Of a DNA stretch of 64,000 nucleotides, positions 53,695 to 62,730 are shown in pieces. Numbering within the stretch: the first letter of the stretch is position 1; each line of letters starts with the position of its first letter. The notes below the pieces were generated by a model. It was not told the origin of the DNA, did not search any database, and worked only from the letters and a program-made list of their open reading frames with translations. The position numbers and the translations under genes are program-made. This stretch comes from Polyangiaceae bacterium (GTDB lineage: Bacteria > Myxococcota_A > Polyangia > Polyangiales > Polyangiaceae). Location: assembly GCA_033763455.1 (NCBI GenBank), contig JANRKO010000059.1, positions 1 through 64,000 of the forward strand, in the 5' to 3' direction.

Positions 53695-54153
53695 ATGAAC
53701 GCATTTCAAGTCACGATCTTGGGTGCCCTAGCAGGTACGGTAGTGGGCTGCGCTGGCGCGTCGGGGCAGAGCTCGGCCCCGAGCGTCACGAATCCTCCCT
53801 CGGAAAAACCCGACCACGAGGCTCAGCACGCGGGATCTCACCACGCAGAGCGCGCTGTTTCCTCTTCGGAACGCGCCGCGTACGAGAAGGCAAAACCCAT
53901 TTTTGATCGCTACTGCTCCAGCTGCCACACCACCGCAGGAAGCCGATCGCAAGGTGGCGCTCTTCAGCATTTCGACATGGACCACTACCCGTTTGGCGGG
54001 CACCACGCCAACGAGATAGCTGCAGCCGTGCGTGGAGTCTTGGGTGCGGATGGCAGCAAACCGAGCATGCCCCCGGATCGGCCAGGAGCCGTGGAAGGCG
54101 AGGATTTAAAGTTGATCCTTGCCTGGGCGAGTCAGGTGGGCGCCAGCCACTAA
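53695..54153 (+). CDS. Monoheme c-type cytochrome lipoprotein, His-rich
   Basis: Lipobox [16 protein letters not shown], distal MPP, final helix ending ..WA. Confidence 0.78.
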   Translation: MNAFQVTILGALAGTVVGCAGASGQSSAPSVTNPPSEKPDHEAQHAGSHHAERAVSSSERAAYEKAKPIFDRYCSSCHTTAGSRSQGGALQHFDMDHYPFGGHHANEIAAAVRGVLGADGSKPSMPPDRPGAVEGEDLKLILAWASQVGASH

Positions 54154-54212
54154 GTGGCGTAGCGTGACGGGGGTCTGGACAAAAGATCAGAAAGACAATC
54201 TGGCTTCTGCGC

Positions 54213-54967
54213 TTACAGGCACGTCGGCGTCGCGCATTCGAGCACGATATCGTCGATCCAAAAATCGAACGTCTCTCGGTACGTGATGAAATGCAGTATT
54301 TGTGTCATGCCGGAAAATAGTGGCTCGACGCCCTGACAGCTCCGAGCGGTCTTAGCTCGCGGAGCGGAACGCGGATTTGCGTCCAAGTGGGTGGCACGAC
54401 CAACTCTTTACCCTGCCAAGCAATGCCCTGCGCTTGGGCCATCCAGTAGCTATCGGTGACCTCACCCGTGACTGCGAAGATCAGTCGCTCCGCGTTGCTG
54501 AGGCCACAGCGTGCCCAGAAAGTGAGCGTGGCGTCTTCGGGGAGGCTGAAATGCTCGTGACTTAACACCTCGACGCCCGAGCTCGTTTGCAGATCAACGA
54601 TGTGCAGCGCCTTCCGGCTAGCCTCGCGTGGGGGCGTCAGAAGTTCCCCAAGTAGGCGAGCTGCGGGCATCATCGACGTCCGCGGGGTATATGGTTGCCA
54701 ACGCAAGATGGCCGTCGTCTCCCAGTCTTCAAGCAGGATGGTTGCGGGGGAGACCGGCGGCGGGTTCATTGTGGGAGCTGCGCTCATCGTAGGAATCGCA
54801 CTTGCCGTCGGGACTGCGCTCCCTGTCGGGATCGCGCTTGTGCTCGCGGGCGGCGAAGGCCCAAATTTGTTGGCATCCGACTCGGAAACGCCACCGCAGT
54901 TGGTTACAGCGAGCGCCGCGGCGCCGAGAGCTGAGCGCCTAAAATTGCGCGCCACTTGGAAAACCAT
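54213..54967 (-). pseudogene. Lipoprotein with CBM-like jelly-roll domain, frameshifted near the 3' end
   Basis: Lipoprotein-type signal ending VTNC, LTFWAR, WTQIRVPL. After a shift at ~54335 an alternative frame reads GVEPLFSGMTQILHFITYRETFDFWIDDIVLECATPTCL* (FWIDD is typical of such domain ends). Confidence 0.6.
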
Positions 54968-55364
54968 TCGGTGAGAATACGCTCCAGCGGCCCGATGGGC
55001 GAACCCTATTTCGGCCTCTACCAAGGGTTGCCTCCGTGTCGAGACACACGGAGGCCAGGCAAGACGACACAGTTTGAGTCCACCTGTCGCGTTTTTGCTA
55101 ATGAGTGGCCACGAATCGGCACGTCGACTTCTTAGGTGTGTGTGGATCTAGCGAACACGCACACGCTCTGGCTACCTGCATGGGGCAAGAATGGTACCAC
55201 CGCCCACGCTTAGTGCTCGCGGGTTAGCGACTTTCGCGCAGGAACTGCGATTGTTCACAAGACTGACGCAAGCGGCGCGTGAGCGAACGAAAGGGAAACC
55301 CCCTCACTCGCGGTAAAATCGCACTGCTACCTATGTTTGCGGAGAGCCTCCCTGTGCAGTGAAT

Positions 55365-55380
55365 TGGCACGGGTCCTGCT
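55365..55380 (+). promoter_or_regulatory. Putative sigma54 -24/-12 promoter
   Basis: TGGCACGGGTCCTGCT, GG-N10-GC. Confidence 0.6.
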
Positions 55381-55459
55381 GGAGTTGTGCCATGCTGAGA
55401 ATAGGAACAAGAAACGCAAGAAGCTGGCCCCCCACCGTCGGCTCATCTTTGGTGGAGTG

Positions 55460-55960
55460 ATGCTCTCATCGGTATTGTCAAGCGCTGCGGCCGTGGCGCA
55501 ACCAGCCCCAGCCAGCTCGGATCCTTCGCCTACCGTTGTTGCGCCCATGCACACGCCACCGGTTCACCACGGGCTCTTCGACGATTCGAGGTACCGTAGC
55601 CCAGGGTTGGCTGTCGCGCTCTCCCTCACACCAATGCCTGTCGACTTTGGTAACCTGTACGCCGAGAACCTTGCTTGGGGCGTAGCTTACACCGCAGTTG
55701 AGTTGTCCTTGCTAACTCCGGTCGTTTGGCTCACGGGAGGCCACATGAACCATGGCGGGGACGACACTCGACGTTGGAGCGATGGCGAGCGAAATACAGT
55801 AATTGGCGACCTTTCCGCCTATGTCGTCGTCAAGCTCGTTGCCGGGCTGCACGCTGGATACTCGGCACGCCAGTTCAACGCCGAACGCAAACCGACAACT
55901 ATGATTCTTATGGCACCTACGGCGGGCGGAGCCCTTGTGAGTGTGGGCAGAAGCTTCTAA
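55460..55960 (+). CDS. Hypothetical exported/membrane protein with His/Met clusters
   Basis: Signal-like start, SPGLAVALSL...G..YA motif, MHTPPVHH and GHMNHG. Start uncertain; the ORF-track start (55337) lies upstream of the promoter. Confidence 0.55.
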   Translation: MLSSVLSSAAAVAQPAPASSDPSPTVVAPMHTPPVHHGLFDDSRYRSPGLAVALSLTPMPVDFGNLYAENLAWGVAYTAVELSLLTPVVWLTGGHMNHGGDDTRRWSDGERNTVIGDLSAYVVVKLVAGLHAGYSARQFNAERKPTTMILMAPTAGGALVSVGRSF

Positions 55961-55989
55961 CCGAGAGCAAACGACGCCACCTCTGGCGC

Positions 55990-56068
55990 TTATCGGGCCG
56001 CAGGCACCCGCCACTAAGCTGAATGGCAAAAGAACCAGGTGTGAGAGGCGTAGATTCTCAGTGGTCAT
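55990..56068 (-). pseudogene. 5' remnant of a fourth His/Cys-rich lipoprotein paralogue
   Basis: MTTENLRLSHLVLLPFSLVAGAC vs MKLSLSRLVLLPLTLAAGAC (63377); similarity stops after the lipobox. Confidence 0.6.
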
Positions 56069-56122
56069 TTCGATGTTTCCTTGGAAGTGTTGTTTATCCT
56101 TGAGCGAAGCTTGTTGCTGTTG

Positions 56123-56205
56123 TTAGCGATCTTTCGCGAGCATCCTCAAACAGCCATAGCGACAGAAAACTTTCATAAGCTCATCGATTTTCTGATTTCG
56201 TTCGG
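56123..56205 (-). pseudogene. 3' remnant of a csoR paralogue
   Basis: ERNQKIDELMKVFCRYGCL vs ERKQKIDELMQVFARYGCL in the intact CsoR. Confidence 0.8.
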
Positions 56206-56279
56206 GTGCGCGCCGCCGTGACGCCGCGTTGGCTCCCGCGATTCGGCGGCGTACGGGGCCGTCAAACTCCGCGCGAAGC

Positions 56280-57476
56280 ATGACCCTTCTCGTTCGCTCT
56301 CGTGAATGCCACGCTGTCGGCCAACAGCCGTTCGAAGTCGTCGAGCGCAAAGGTATCGGCCACCCGGACACCATCTGCGACGCCGTTGCAGAGCACATTT
56401 CCCAGCAGCTCTGCCGCTATTACCTACAGCACTTCGATCACGTCCTGCATCACAACGTCGACAAGGTGTTGCTGTGTGGCGGAGCTGCTCGCCCGACATT
56501 CGGCGGGGGCGAAGTGCTCGCCCGGATCGAGATTTACTTGGCAGGGCTTGCCACGACGCAGGTGGGCGACAAGAGCATTCCCGTCGCCGAGATCGCAATC
56601 GAGGCCTGTCGCGAATGGTTGCAGGAGAATCTGTCCGAGCTCGACGTCGCGCAGCAGGTTCGGATCCATTCCAAGTTGCGGCCGGGCTCCCACGGCCTAA
56701 CGGAGCTCTTCCTGCGCGGCTCGAGCCTGCCGCTCGCGAACGACACGTCGTGTGGCGTCGGCTTTGCACCCCTGACTGATCTCGAAAGCCTGGTGCTTGC
56801 GGTCGAACGGCGACTGAACGAGCCCGCGTTGAAGCGCCTGCATCCGGAGCTTGGCTCGGATGTGAAGGTGATGGGCGTACGTCGCAGTGACGACATCGAG
56901 CTCACTGTCGCGTGCGCGATCGTGTCGCGTCATGTGCCCGATTTAGCTGCGTATTTGGCAGCCAAGGACTTGGTCGTCCAGCTCGTCCTCGCGACGGCTG
57001 CCCAGACCACCAAGCTCCACGTCAGCGTGATCGTCAACGCCGAAGACGTGCCCGAGCGCGGCGAGCTCTTCCTTACGGTTACAGGGACCTCGGCCGAAGC
57101 AGGCGACGATGGCGAGGTCGGGCGCGGCAACCGCGCCAATGGGCTCATCACTCCGTATCGCCCCATGACGCTCGAGGCTGCGGCTGGCAAGAACCCGGTC
57201 AATCACGTCCGGAAGCTTTACAACCTGGCGGCAGGTCGAATGGCGGAAGCGCTCGTGGAACTTCTGCCTCAGGTTCAAGACGCCAGCTGCGTGCTCGTGA
57301 GTCGGATTGGCGAGCGCATCGACGAGCCTCAGGCCACCGACATCGAGCTTGGACTCGACGACCCTTCCCAAGCCGAATCGCTCACTCCCCGCGTCATCGA
57401 AATAGCGCGATCCGTGCTCCAAAATCTACCACGTCTCCAGCGCGGGTTGCTGGAGGGCACCGTGACCGTCTTCTAG
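56280..57476 (+). CDS. Archaeal-type S-adenosylmethionine synthetase (MAT)
   Basis: [59 protein letters not shown]. Start placed at ATG 56280. Confidence 0.92.
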   Translation: MTLLVRSRECHAVGQQPFEVVERKGIGHPDTICDAVAEHISQQLCRYYLQHFDHVLHHNVDKVLLCGGAARPTFGGGEVLARIEIYLAGLATTQVGDKSIPVAEIAIEACREWLQENLSELDVAQQVRIHSKLRPGSHGLTELFLRGSSLPLANDTSCGVGFAPLTDLESLVLAVERRLNEPALKRLHPELGSDVKVMGVRRSDDIELTVACAIVSRHVPDLAAYLAAKDLVVQLVLATAAQTTKLHVSVIVNAEDVPERGELFLTVTGTSAEAGDDGEVGRGNRANGLITPYRPMTLEAAAGKNPVNHVRKLYNLAAGRMAEALVELLPQVQDASCVLVSRIGERIDEPQATDIELGLDDPSQAESLTPRVIEIARSVLQNLPRLQRGLLEGTVTVF

Positions 57477-57746
57477 CGAAGCGGTGCACCCGAGCTTGGA
57501 CAAACCGGCGCCTTCAGGGTGGCTGGCAACCTTGCGCAGAAATCACGCAACGGTCCCTCCTCCCTGCAAGAACTGCGTGGTTACGATTGCAGAGTATTCA
57601 TGTCACGCACTATGTCGGCGCGGCCTAGATAGGTTGCAATGCTGTTCGATTCCCATGCCGCGAGTTTCATTGCTGCCGCTGGGGCAAAGCACGTGGGTGG
57701 GCGAGGTAACGCCGTGTTGTCCGCCGGTAGAGCTACGGGTCAACCG

Positions 57747-57771
57747 TGCTCAGTTGAGGCATTTTGCCACG
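57747..57771 (+). promoter_or_regulatory. Conserved upstream motif (candidate enhancer-binding-protein site), copy 1
   Basis: TGCTCAGTTGAGGCATTTTGCCACG; 23/25 identical to 62706..62730. Confidence 0.55.
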
Positions 57772-57813
57772 CGACAGAGCACCAAGTGGCATCTTGGGCA
57801 CGACAGATGCGTA

Positions 57814-57829
57814 TGGCACAACACGTGCT
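57814..57829 (+). promoter_or_regulatory. Putative sigma54 -24/-12 promoter
   Basis: TGGCACAACACGTGCT, GG-N10-GC. Confidence 0.65.
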
Positions 57830-57841
57830 TAACCACATTCT

Positions 57842-57858
57842 ATACCCCCTGGGGGCAT
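57842..57858. promoter_or_regulatory. CsoR-type operator
   Basis: ATACCCCCTGGGGGCAT, a C-tract/G-tract pseudo-palindrome; 16/17 identical to the box before csoR. Confidence 0.75.
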
Positions 57859-57940
57859 GGGTCATGCCTCGATGAACTTGAAGAGTTCGATGATGATGCC
57901 CAACTGCCAACACCCAAATAGTGAATGGAGACCTTCCGAA

Positions 57941-58762
57941 ATGAACCCATGGATCACGCAGCTCCTTCGTCCGCCCGGGAGCCTATTGCTCGTCATGGCA
58001 GTGCCCGCGGTCGCCTCCGCACAGGCAGCGATGGCCCCAACGCCAAACGGGGTTGAGATGGAAGCTCCTCCAGCGGGCCCCGCACCGATGGAGGGCAGTC
58101 ATGGCAGTGCGAACGCAGCGGAACCTTCCGGGCATCACGCGATGACGCACCCGTTCTTAAGCCACATGGGGCTGCCCGACGGACCCGGTGAAGCAAGTGT
58201 GCGCGTAACCGGCATTCAACGCGGCCTGAGGGATAGTTCCGGGACGGATGCGGCCTTTCACGTCGAAGCGGGGATTGCCGATCGCCTCGGTTTGCACTTG
58301 CGCAACGACGCCATTACCGGAGCCGGCATGCGCTCCGCGGATGGGAAAATGGAGGACCACGGCACGGAGTTGATGTTGATGTACGCGGTGCTCGAAGATG
58401 CCGAGGCGACGCGCGGTGTGTCACTGTTTGGCGAGGTCGCTGCACCTACCGTTCGTGGCGAGGGGCCGTCCGTGAAATTTGGAGGCGGAGTCGGGGCGCG
58501 TTTCATTCTGGCGACCCGGCTTCAGTGGGACGGAGTCGTGCACATCGCGCCAGCCGAGGGCAAGGGCGCCGAAATGGGGTACGAGACTGCGCTTGTGGTC
58601 CGTACGGTGGGCCGCGTTTTTGGGGTCGTGGAGACACGCGGCGAAATTAGCAGCGGCGCGCCCACGAACTACGTTCTGTTTGCGCCAAAGGTTGGCTTGG
58701 GTGAAACTGGTGCTGCTCGGCGGACGCCTCTATCCGTAACGGAGAATTATCATCATGCATAA
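57941..58762 (+). CDS. Putative outer-membrane beta-barrel with His/Met-rich N-terminus (possibly 3'-truncated)
   Basis: GGAG upstream, signal peptide ending ASA, HHAMTHPFLSHMG, alternating strands; the C-terminus lacks a terminal aromatic strand. Confidence 0.6.
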   Translation: MNPWITQLLRPPGSLLLVMAVPAVASAQAAMAPTPNGVEMEAPPAGPAPMEGSHGSANAAEPSGHHAMTHPFLSHMGLPDGPGEASVRVTGIQRGLRDSSGTDAAFHVEAGIADRLGLHLRNDAITGAGMRSADGKMEDHGTELMLMYAVLEDAEATRGVSLFGEVAAPTVRGEGPSVKFGGGVGARFILATRLQWDGVVHIAPAEGKGAEMGYETALVVRTVGRVFGVVETRGEISSGAPTNYVLFAPKVGLGETGAARRTPLSVTENYHHA

Positions 58763-58991
58763 GAACACTCAGAAATCGCCCGAAATCATCCTTGAGCAGA
58801 CCGAGATCCCGATCGAGCTCATCGCCAGTCGTGCGTATGACAAATGGCAGCAACGTGGGTGCCCTCTTTGGGAGGAACAGACGGACTGGTTCGCCGCTCG
58901 GACTGAGCTTGAACAGCAAGCTAGCCACCCGCAAGAAATGCTCGAGAACGCGCTTAATTCCCACGTGAAGGCCGCAGACGGAAGCGAATAA
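58755..58991 (+). CDS. DUF2934-domain protein
   Basis: IASRAYDKWQQRGCP......DWFAA..EL signature. Confidence 0.78.
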   Translation: MHKNTQKSPEIILEQTEIPIELIASRAYDKWQQRGCPLWEEQTDWFAARTELEQQASHPQEMLENALNSHVKAADGSE

Positions 58992-59122
58992 TTGGCGCTG
59001 ACAGCAAGCAGTCACCGGGGGGGGACTCCGATTTGACCATGTGGGGCAGCCCGGGCTCGTCAACAATGGTTAGAGCGCTCGGGCTACGGCATGCAGCGAC
59101 ATGATAATATGAAAGGAAGGGA

Positions 59123-59887
59123 ATGAACATGATTCGCTCAATCTGGTACACATCAACTCTCAGTTTGCTCGCAGCGGCATGCGCATCGACTCCGGGCGCA
59201 AAACCGCACGACATGAGCGACGCGCAGCACGAGCGAGAAAGCCAATCGCAAGGCGCCACGGCGGACGCTCACGCAGCCCAGTACGACTCGAATGCGAGGG
59301 TCGAGCGCTGGCGGTGCTCGCCCAGGGGAGGCGGGCGCGCCGGTGCAGAGTTCGGCGGATGTTGGAGCTCCGTCTTGAACCCAACGACGGCGCATCTCCA
59401 CGCCGCCGAGGATCACCGGCGGCAGGCGGCAGATCATCGTGCGGCCTCTGCTGCCCTCCGCGGCGCTGAAGCTCGAAGCTGTGTCGGCATCAGTTCCGAC
59501 GACCGGGACATGAGCCCGTTCGAGCACGTGGAGGACATCACAAGCGTGGAGCCGTTGATAGACCGCAACGGCAGCAGCGTGGCACCCTCCCTGCGGACGG
59601 TCGGAGCAATCGTCACGTTCCGCGCGGTTCCCGGCATGACGTCGAAGTGGTTGCAACGCGTGATGGACTGCCACCTTGCCCGCAATGCCTCGCTTGGTCA
59701 TACGGTGCCCGAGATGCCGAACTGTCCGCTCGTCCTGAAAGGAGCCCAAGCGCGCGTGACTGCAACAGGCAACGGATTCGCGGTAGCGATTCGTTCCGAC
59801 GACCCTGCTACGGCGCGCGAGATCCTGTCGCGTGCAGAGCGACTTCACGCCGCAACCGTTAACTCCGCGGCATCAACAACTAGGTGA
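59123..59887 (+). CDS. His/Cys-rich lipoprotein, paralogue 2 (intact)
   Basis: AAGG-rich RBS, lipobox AAAC, PHDMS..QH, HRAAS, DRDMSPF, WLQR..DCHLARN, GH..PEM..CPLV. Confidence 0.82.
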   Translation: MNMIRSIWYTSTLSLLAAACASTPGAKPHDMSDAQHERESQSQGATADAHAAQYDSNARVERWRCSPRGGGRAGAEFGGCWSSVLNPTTAHLHAAEDHRRQAADHRAASAALRGAEARSCVGISSDDRDMSPFEHVEDITSVEPLIDRNGSSVAPSLRTVGAIVTFRAVPGMTSKWLQRVMDCHLARNASLGHTVPEMPNCPLVLKGAQARVTATGNGFAVAIRSDDPATAREILSRAERLHAATVNSAASTTR

Positions 59888-59978
59888 GCACAGGACCCAA
59901 GGTCTGGACGGATTGCGCGAACGCCTTGCTGAGTATGCTCAAATGGGCGCTCGGATGCAATTGCGGAAAGCACTTGCG

Positions 59979-60446
59979 TCAGTGGCTGCCGCCGGCTCCA
60001 GCGCCACCAGTTCCGGCACCGCCGGTTCCCGATGCCGCCGCCAACGCGAATGTGACTACGTTGGAGTAGTTGTTATGTTCTGCGGCTTCTTTGCCCATGG
60101 CCATCACTCGGTAGGCGTAGGTAACTCCGGCCGTTAGCGGCGCATCGTGGTACTGAACCGTGTTAAAGGGAAGCGTACTGACCACGGCAAATTCTGCGGC
60201 ACCTGCTTTACGTTCGAGCATGAACTGCGATTCGTTGTCCGAATTGTCTTTCCAGGTTAGGTGAGCTCCGCCCCCAAGCTCCATCGCGGACAGTTCGCTT
60301 GGGGCGTTGGGCATCATGTTGTTAGACATGTCCATGCCGCAGGCTACGGTAATGAATGCAGCTGCCGACGTAAACGTGAGTTTGGTGAGGTTGGTGTGCA
60401 CAGGTCGCATGTTTTGGTTCCTTGTTGGCTTGATGAATGTTCTCAT
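59979..60446 (-). CDS. Met-rich fibronectin type III lipoprotein
   Basis: Lipobox TVAC followed by GMDMSNNMM; FN3 pattern P..L....LTW.DNS..E..F..ER...Y.YRV.A...YSN; ATGA-coupled to the oxidase. Confidence 0.75.
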   Translation of the reverse strand: MRTFIKPTRNQNMRPVHTNLTKLTFTSAAAFITVACGMDMSNNMMPNAPSELSAMELGGGAHLTWKDNSDNESQFMLERKAGAAEFAVVSTLPFNTVQYHDAPLTAGVTYAYRVMAMGKEAAEHNNYSNVVTFALAAASGTGGAGTGGAGAGGSH

Positions 60447-61882
60447 TGAGTTAGCCGCAGTTCGCCCATCATTCCACGCTCGGCGTGCTCAAGGATGTGA
60501 CAGTGGTACATCCATGTCCCTGGTGTGCCGTAGCGAACGGCGAACCGCACGGTGCTTTTTTGTGGGACATTTACCGTGTCTTTCCAGCCTACGTGGGCGG
60601 GGGGCACGCCATCGACATCCAGAACCTTGAAGAACATCCCGTGCAGATGAAAAGGGTGGTCCATTTCGGTGTCGCTCTTAACGCTCCAGATCTCAATGGC
60701 ACCTTCTTTGGCATCAATGGGAGGCACGGCTGGAAACTGTTGTTTATTGATGAAAAATTTTGGCTCCTGCCCCGGTTCCTTAGGTTCCTCCTCCTGCAGC
60801 ACCAACTCCCGCAGAGGAGCGTCGAGCGGTACTTCAAGGTCAACGGTGCGACCCCAAATGCTAGGCAGCGGTGGCGGTGTGGGTGCCGCAGCCTCAAATC
60901 TTAGACTGAGCAAACTGAGGGGTCCGGGGTCGGCTATGGCGTGACCTCTGTCGTAATGGATTGTCTCCAGCGCCAATGTGGTGCCCGCCGGGCCTGTTGG
61001 CGTCACGAGGACCTCGTAGCGCTCGCCCGGCGCAATCAACAATGTATCTGCTTCATAGGGCTGCGGCAAAAGGCCGCCGTCCCATCCGATCACCGTGAAT
61101 CGCTGCCCCGGCAACCTAAGATTGAAATACCGTCCGTTGGCTGCATTCACGAAGCGCCAACGTTCACGCGCCCCGCTTCTAACCTCTATCTGAGAACCTA
61201 CTTTGCCGTTGACCAGCAATGTATTGCCCTGCCGCCCCAACATCCAGTCGAGAGCCTCGACGCGGGTTGAAAGGTTTCCGGTTGACTCAAGCTTTACGTC
61301 GTCAAGCACGAACGCCCGGTCGTTCGACACGACAATGTTATCCTCTTCCTTGACGACCAACATGCCGTAGAGGCCACGTTCCAGCTGGACGTCAGCGTGC
61401 ACATGCGGATGGTACCAAAACGTTCCGGCGTCATTCGCCGTGAACTCGTAGTTGAATGTCTCCCCCGGTGCGACTTCCCTTTGCGTCGAGGGGGTGCCGT
61501 CGGCAACGTTAGGAACACGAAGACCGTGCCAGTGGACGGTCGTCGCTTCTGGCAGGTCGTTCCGAAAATGGACGATCACTCGGTCGCCCTTATTCGCCAG
61601 GATGAGAGGCCCCGGCACTGACGCTTGGCTTCCATCTTTCGAGCTATCCCGATAACCCCAGATGTCAGCAGGGCCGGCACTCAGGTAACGAGTGGTGCCA
61701 GTTGCCGCCACCAGGTTAATTTCTACAACATTTTCAAGGGGATTGACGTCAATTATTGGTGACACCGCAGTTGGTTCGCCGCCACTCGCGGGCTCGCCTG
61801 AGCAAGCGACCGCCCCCAACGCAATGAAGGCGAAAGCCAGGCGCTTGAACGACCGCAGAAGCAAGAACATGGGCGAACTCAT
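60443..61882 (-). CDS. Three-domain multicopper oxidase (lipoprotein)
   Basis: Lipobox AVAC; HWHG, WYHPH, HPFHLHG, HCHILEHAERGMM. Confidence 0.95.
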   Translation of the reverse strand: MSSPMFLLLRSFKRLAFAFIALGAVACSGEPASGGEPTAVSPIIDVNPLENVVEINLVAATGTTRYLSAGPADIWGYRDSSKDGSQASVPGPLILANKGDRVIVHFRNDLPEATTVHWHGLRVPNVADGTPSTQREVAPGETFNYEFTANDAGTFWYHPHVHADVQLERGLYGMLVVKEEDNIVVSNDRAFVLDDVKLESTGNLSTRVEALDWMLGRQGNTLLVNGKVGSQIEVRSGARERWRFVNAANGRYFNLRLPGQRFTVIGWDGGLLPQPYEADTLLIAPGERYEVLVTPTGPAGTTLALETIHYDRGHAIADPGPLSLLSLRFEAAAPTPPPLPSIWGRTVDLEVPLDAPLRELVLQEEEPKEPGQEPKFFINKQQFPAVPPIDAKEGAIEIWSVKSDTEMDHPFHLHGMFFKVLDVDGVPPAHVGWKDTVNVPQKSTVRFAVRYGTPGTWMYHCHILEHAERGMMGELRLTQ

Positions 61883-61944
61883 AGGGAGGCTTCGATTCCT
61901 TCACAATGCGAGGCATTTGACAAACACCACCACCGACGCTGCAC

Positions 61945-62421
61945 TCAGTTGCGTTTGATGCGCTGCGCGTAGGCCACGAGGTTCGCCTGCGTCTCGAAGT
62001 ACGTCACCGCCCCTCTTTCGTCCTGCGCGATAACAGCCTGCGACTTGTCCACGGGGCGGTTCGAAACCGGATCCGTTGCCGTGCGCGCTGAAATGTCGCG
62101 ATTGAGGCGTCCTTTGCACATCTCGCAGCAGCCGTAGTAGGTGCGTCCGCCGACCTCGACCGGGATCTGTGCACGCCCCATGAACTGGTTGTTGACCATG
62201 CACACCTGGCTGCGATCCGCGACCAGAGTGAGGGTGCCGGCCGGCGTCGAAGAACTTGCGGTCGCAGACACCGCGGGCCTTGCTGGCTGAGTGGAGACGG
62301 ATGAGGCAGCCGGCACGGGCTGCACCGCGGTCTTTCCGGTGACCGTGGTACGGTTGCCTTCGGAACAACCGGGGGCGATTAGCGCCAAGGCGACCACTGT
62401 TGGCAGGAGGATTCGTCTCAT
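61945..62421 (-). CDS. YHS/TRASH-like metal-binding lipoprotein
   Basis: Lipobox APGC; VCMVN...YYGCCEMC...DPVS...VDK...YFE. Confidence 0.75.
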   Translation of the reverse strand: MRRILLPTVVALALIAPGCSEGNRTTVTGKTAVQPVPAASSVSTQPARPAVSATASSSTPAGTLTLVADRSQVCMVNNQFMGRAQIPVEVGGRTYYGCCEMCKGRLNRDISARTATDPVSNRPVDKSQAVIAQDERGAVTYFETQANLVAYAQRIKRN

Positions 62422-62705
62422 ATTTGTTTCTGCTTTCTGGGATCTTTCTCTACATGGACATAGGCCGTAGGCACCGGCTCGAAGAAGCGTGACAGTCTAT
62501 TTACTGCTGGAGCGAGGCCCCGGCGTTACGGGCTGATCCGCCACGTTGTCGACCGACGGGAACATGATTCGTGGATCGGCGATGGAGACGACAATAGCGC
62601 CGGCAAATGATGCTTTGAGGTTCGGGTGGAAAGCGATCGCTACTAGGCAGCGGGGTACTGACTCGCCAGGCACGTCGTCCTGTGCGATAGGGCTAGGCGC
62701 AAGCT

Positions 62706-62730
62706 TGCTCAGTTGAGGCATTTCGCTACG
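62706..62730 (+). promoter_or_regulatory. Conserved upstream motif, copy 2
   Basis: TGCTCAGTTGAGGCATTTCGCTACG. Confidence 0.55.

Noticed and set aside
57796..57811. Second tandem GG-N10-GC motif (GGGCACGACAGATGCG)
   Set aside because: Poorer consensus, and only the 57814 motif reproduces the spacing to the CsoR box seen at csoR.
57484..57921. Cys-rich 145-aa ORF as a metallothionein-like gene
   Set aside because: It overlaps the enhancer motif, sigma54 promoter and CsoR box and has no recognisable pattern; likely spurious.
59884..60069. Small ORF containing CNC..H
   Set aside because: Half is antisense to the FN3 gene, and its Pro-rich tail simply mirrors that gene's Gly-rich tail.
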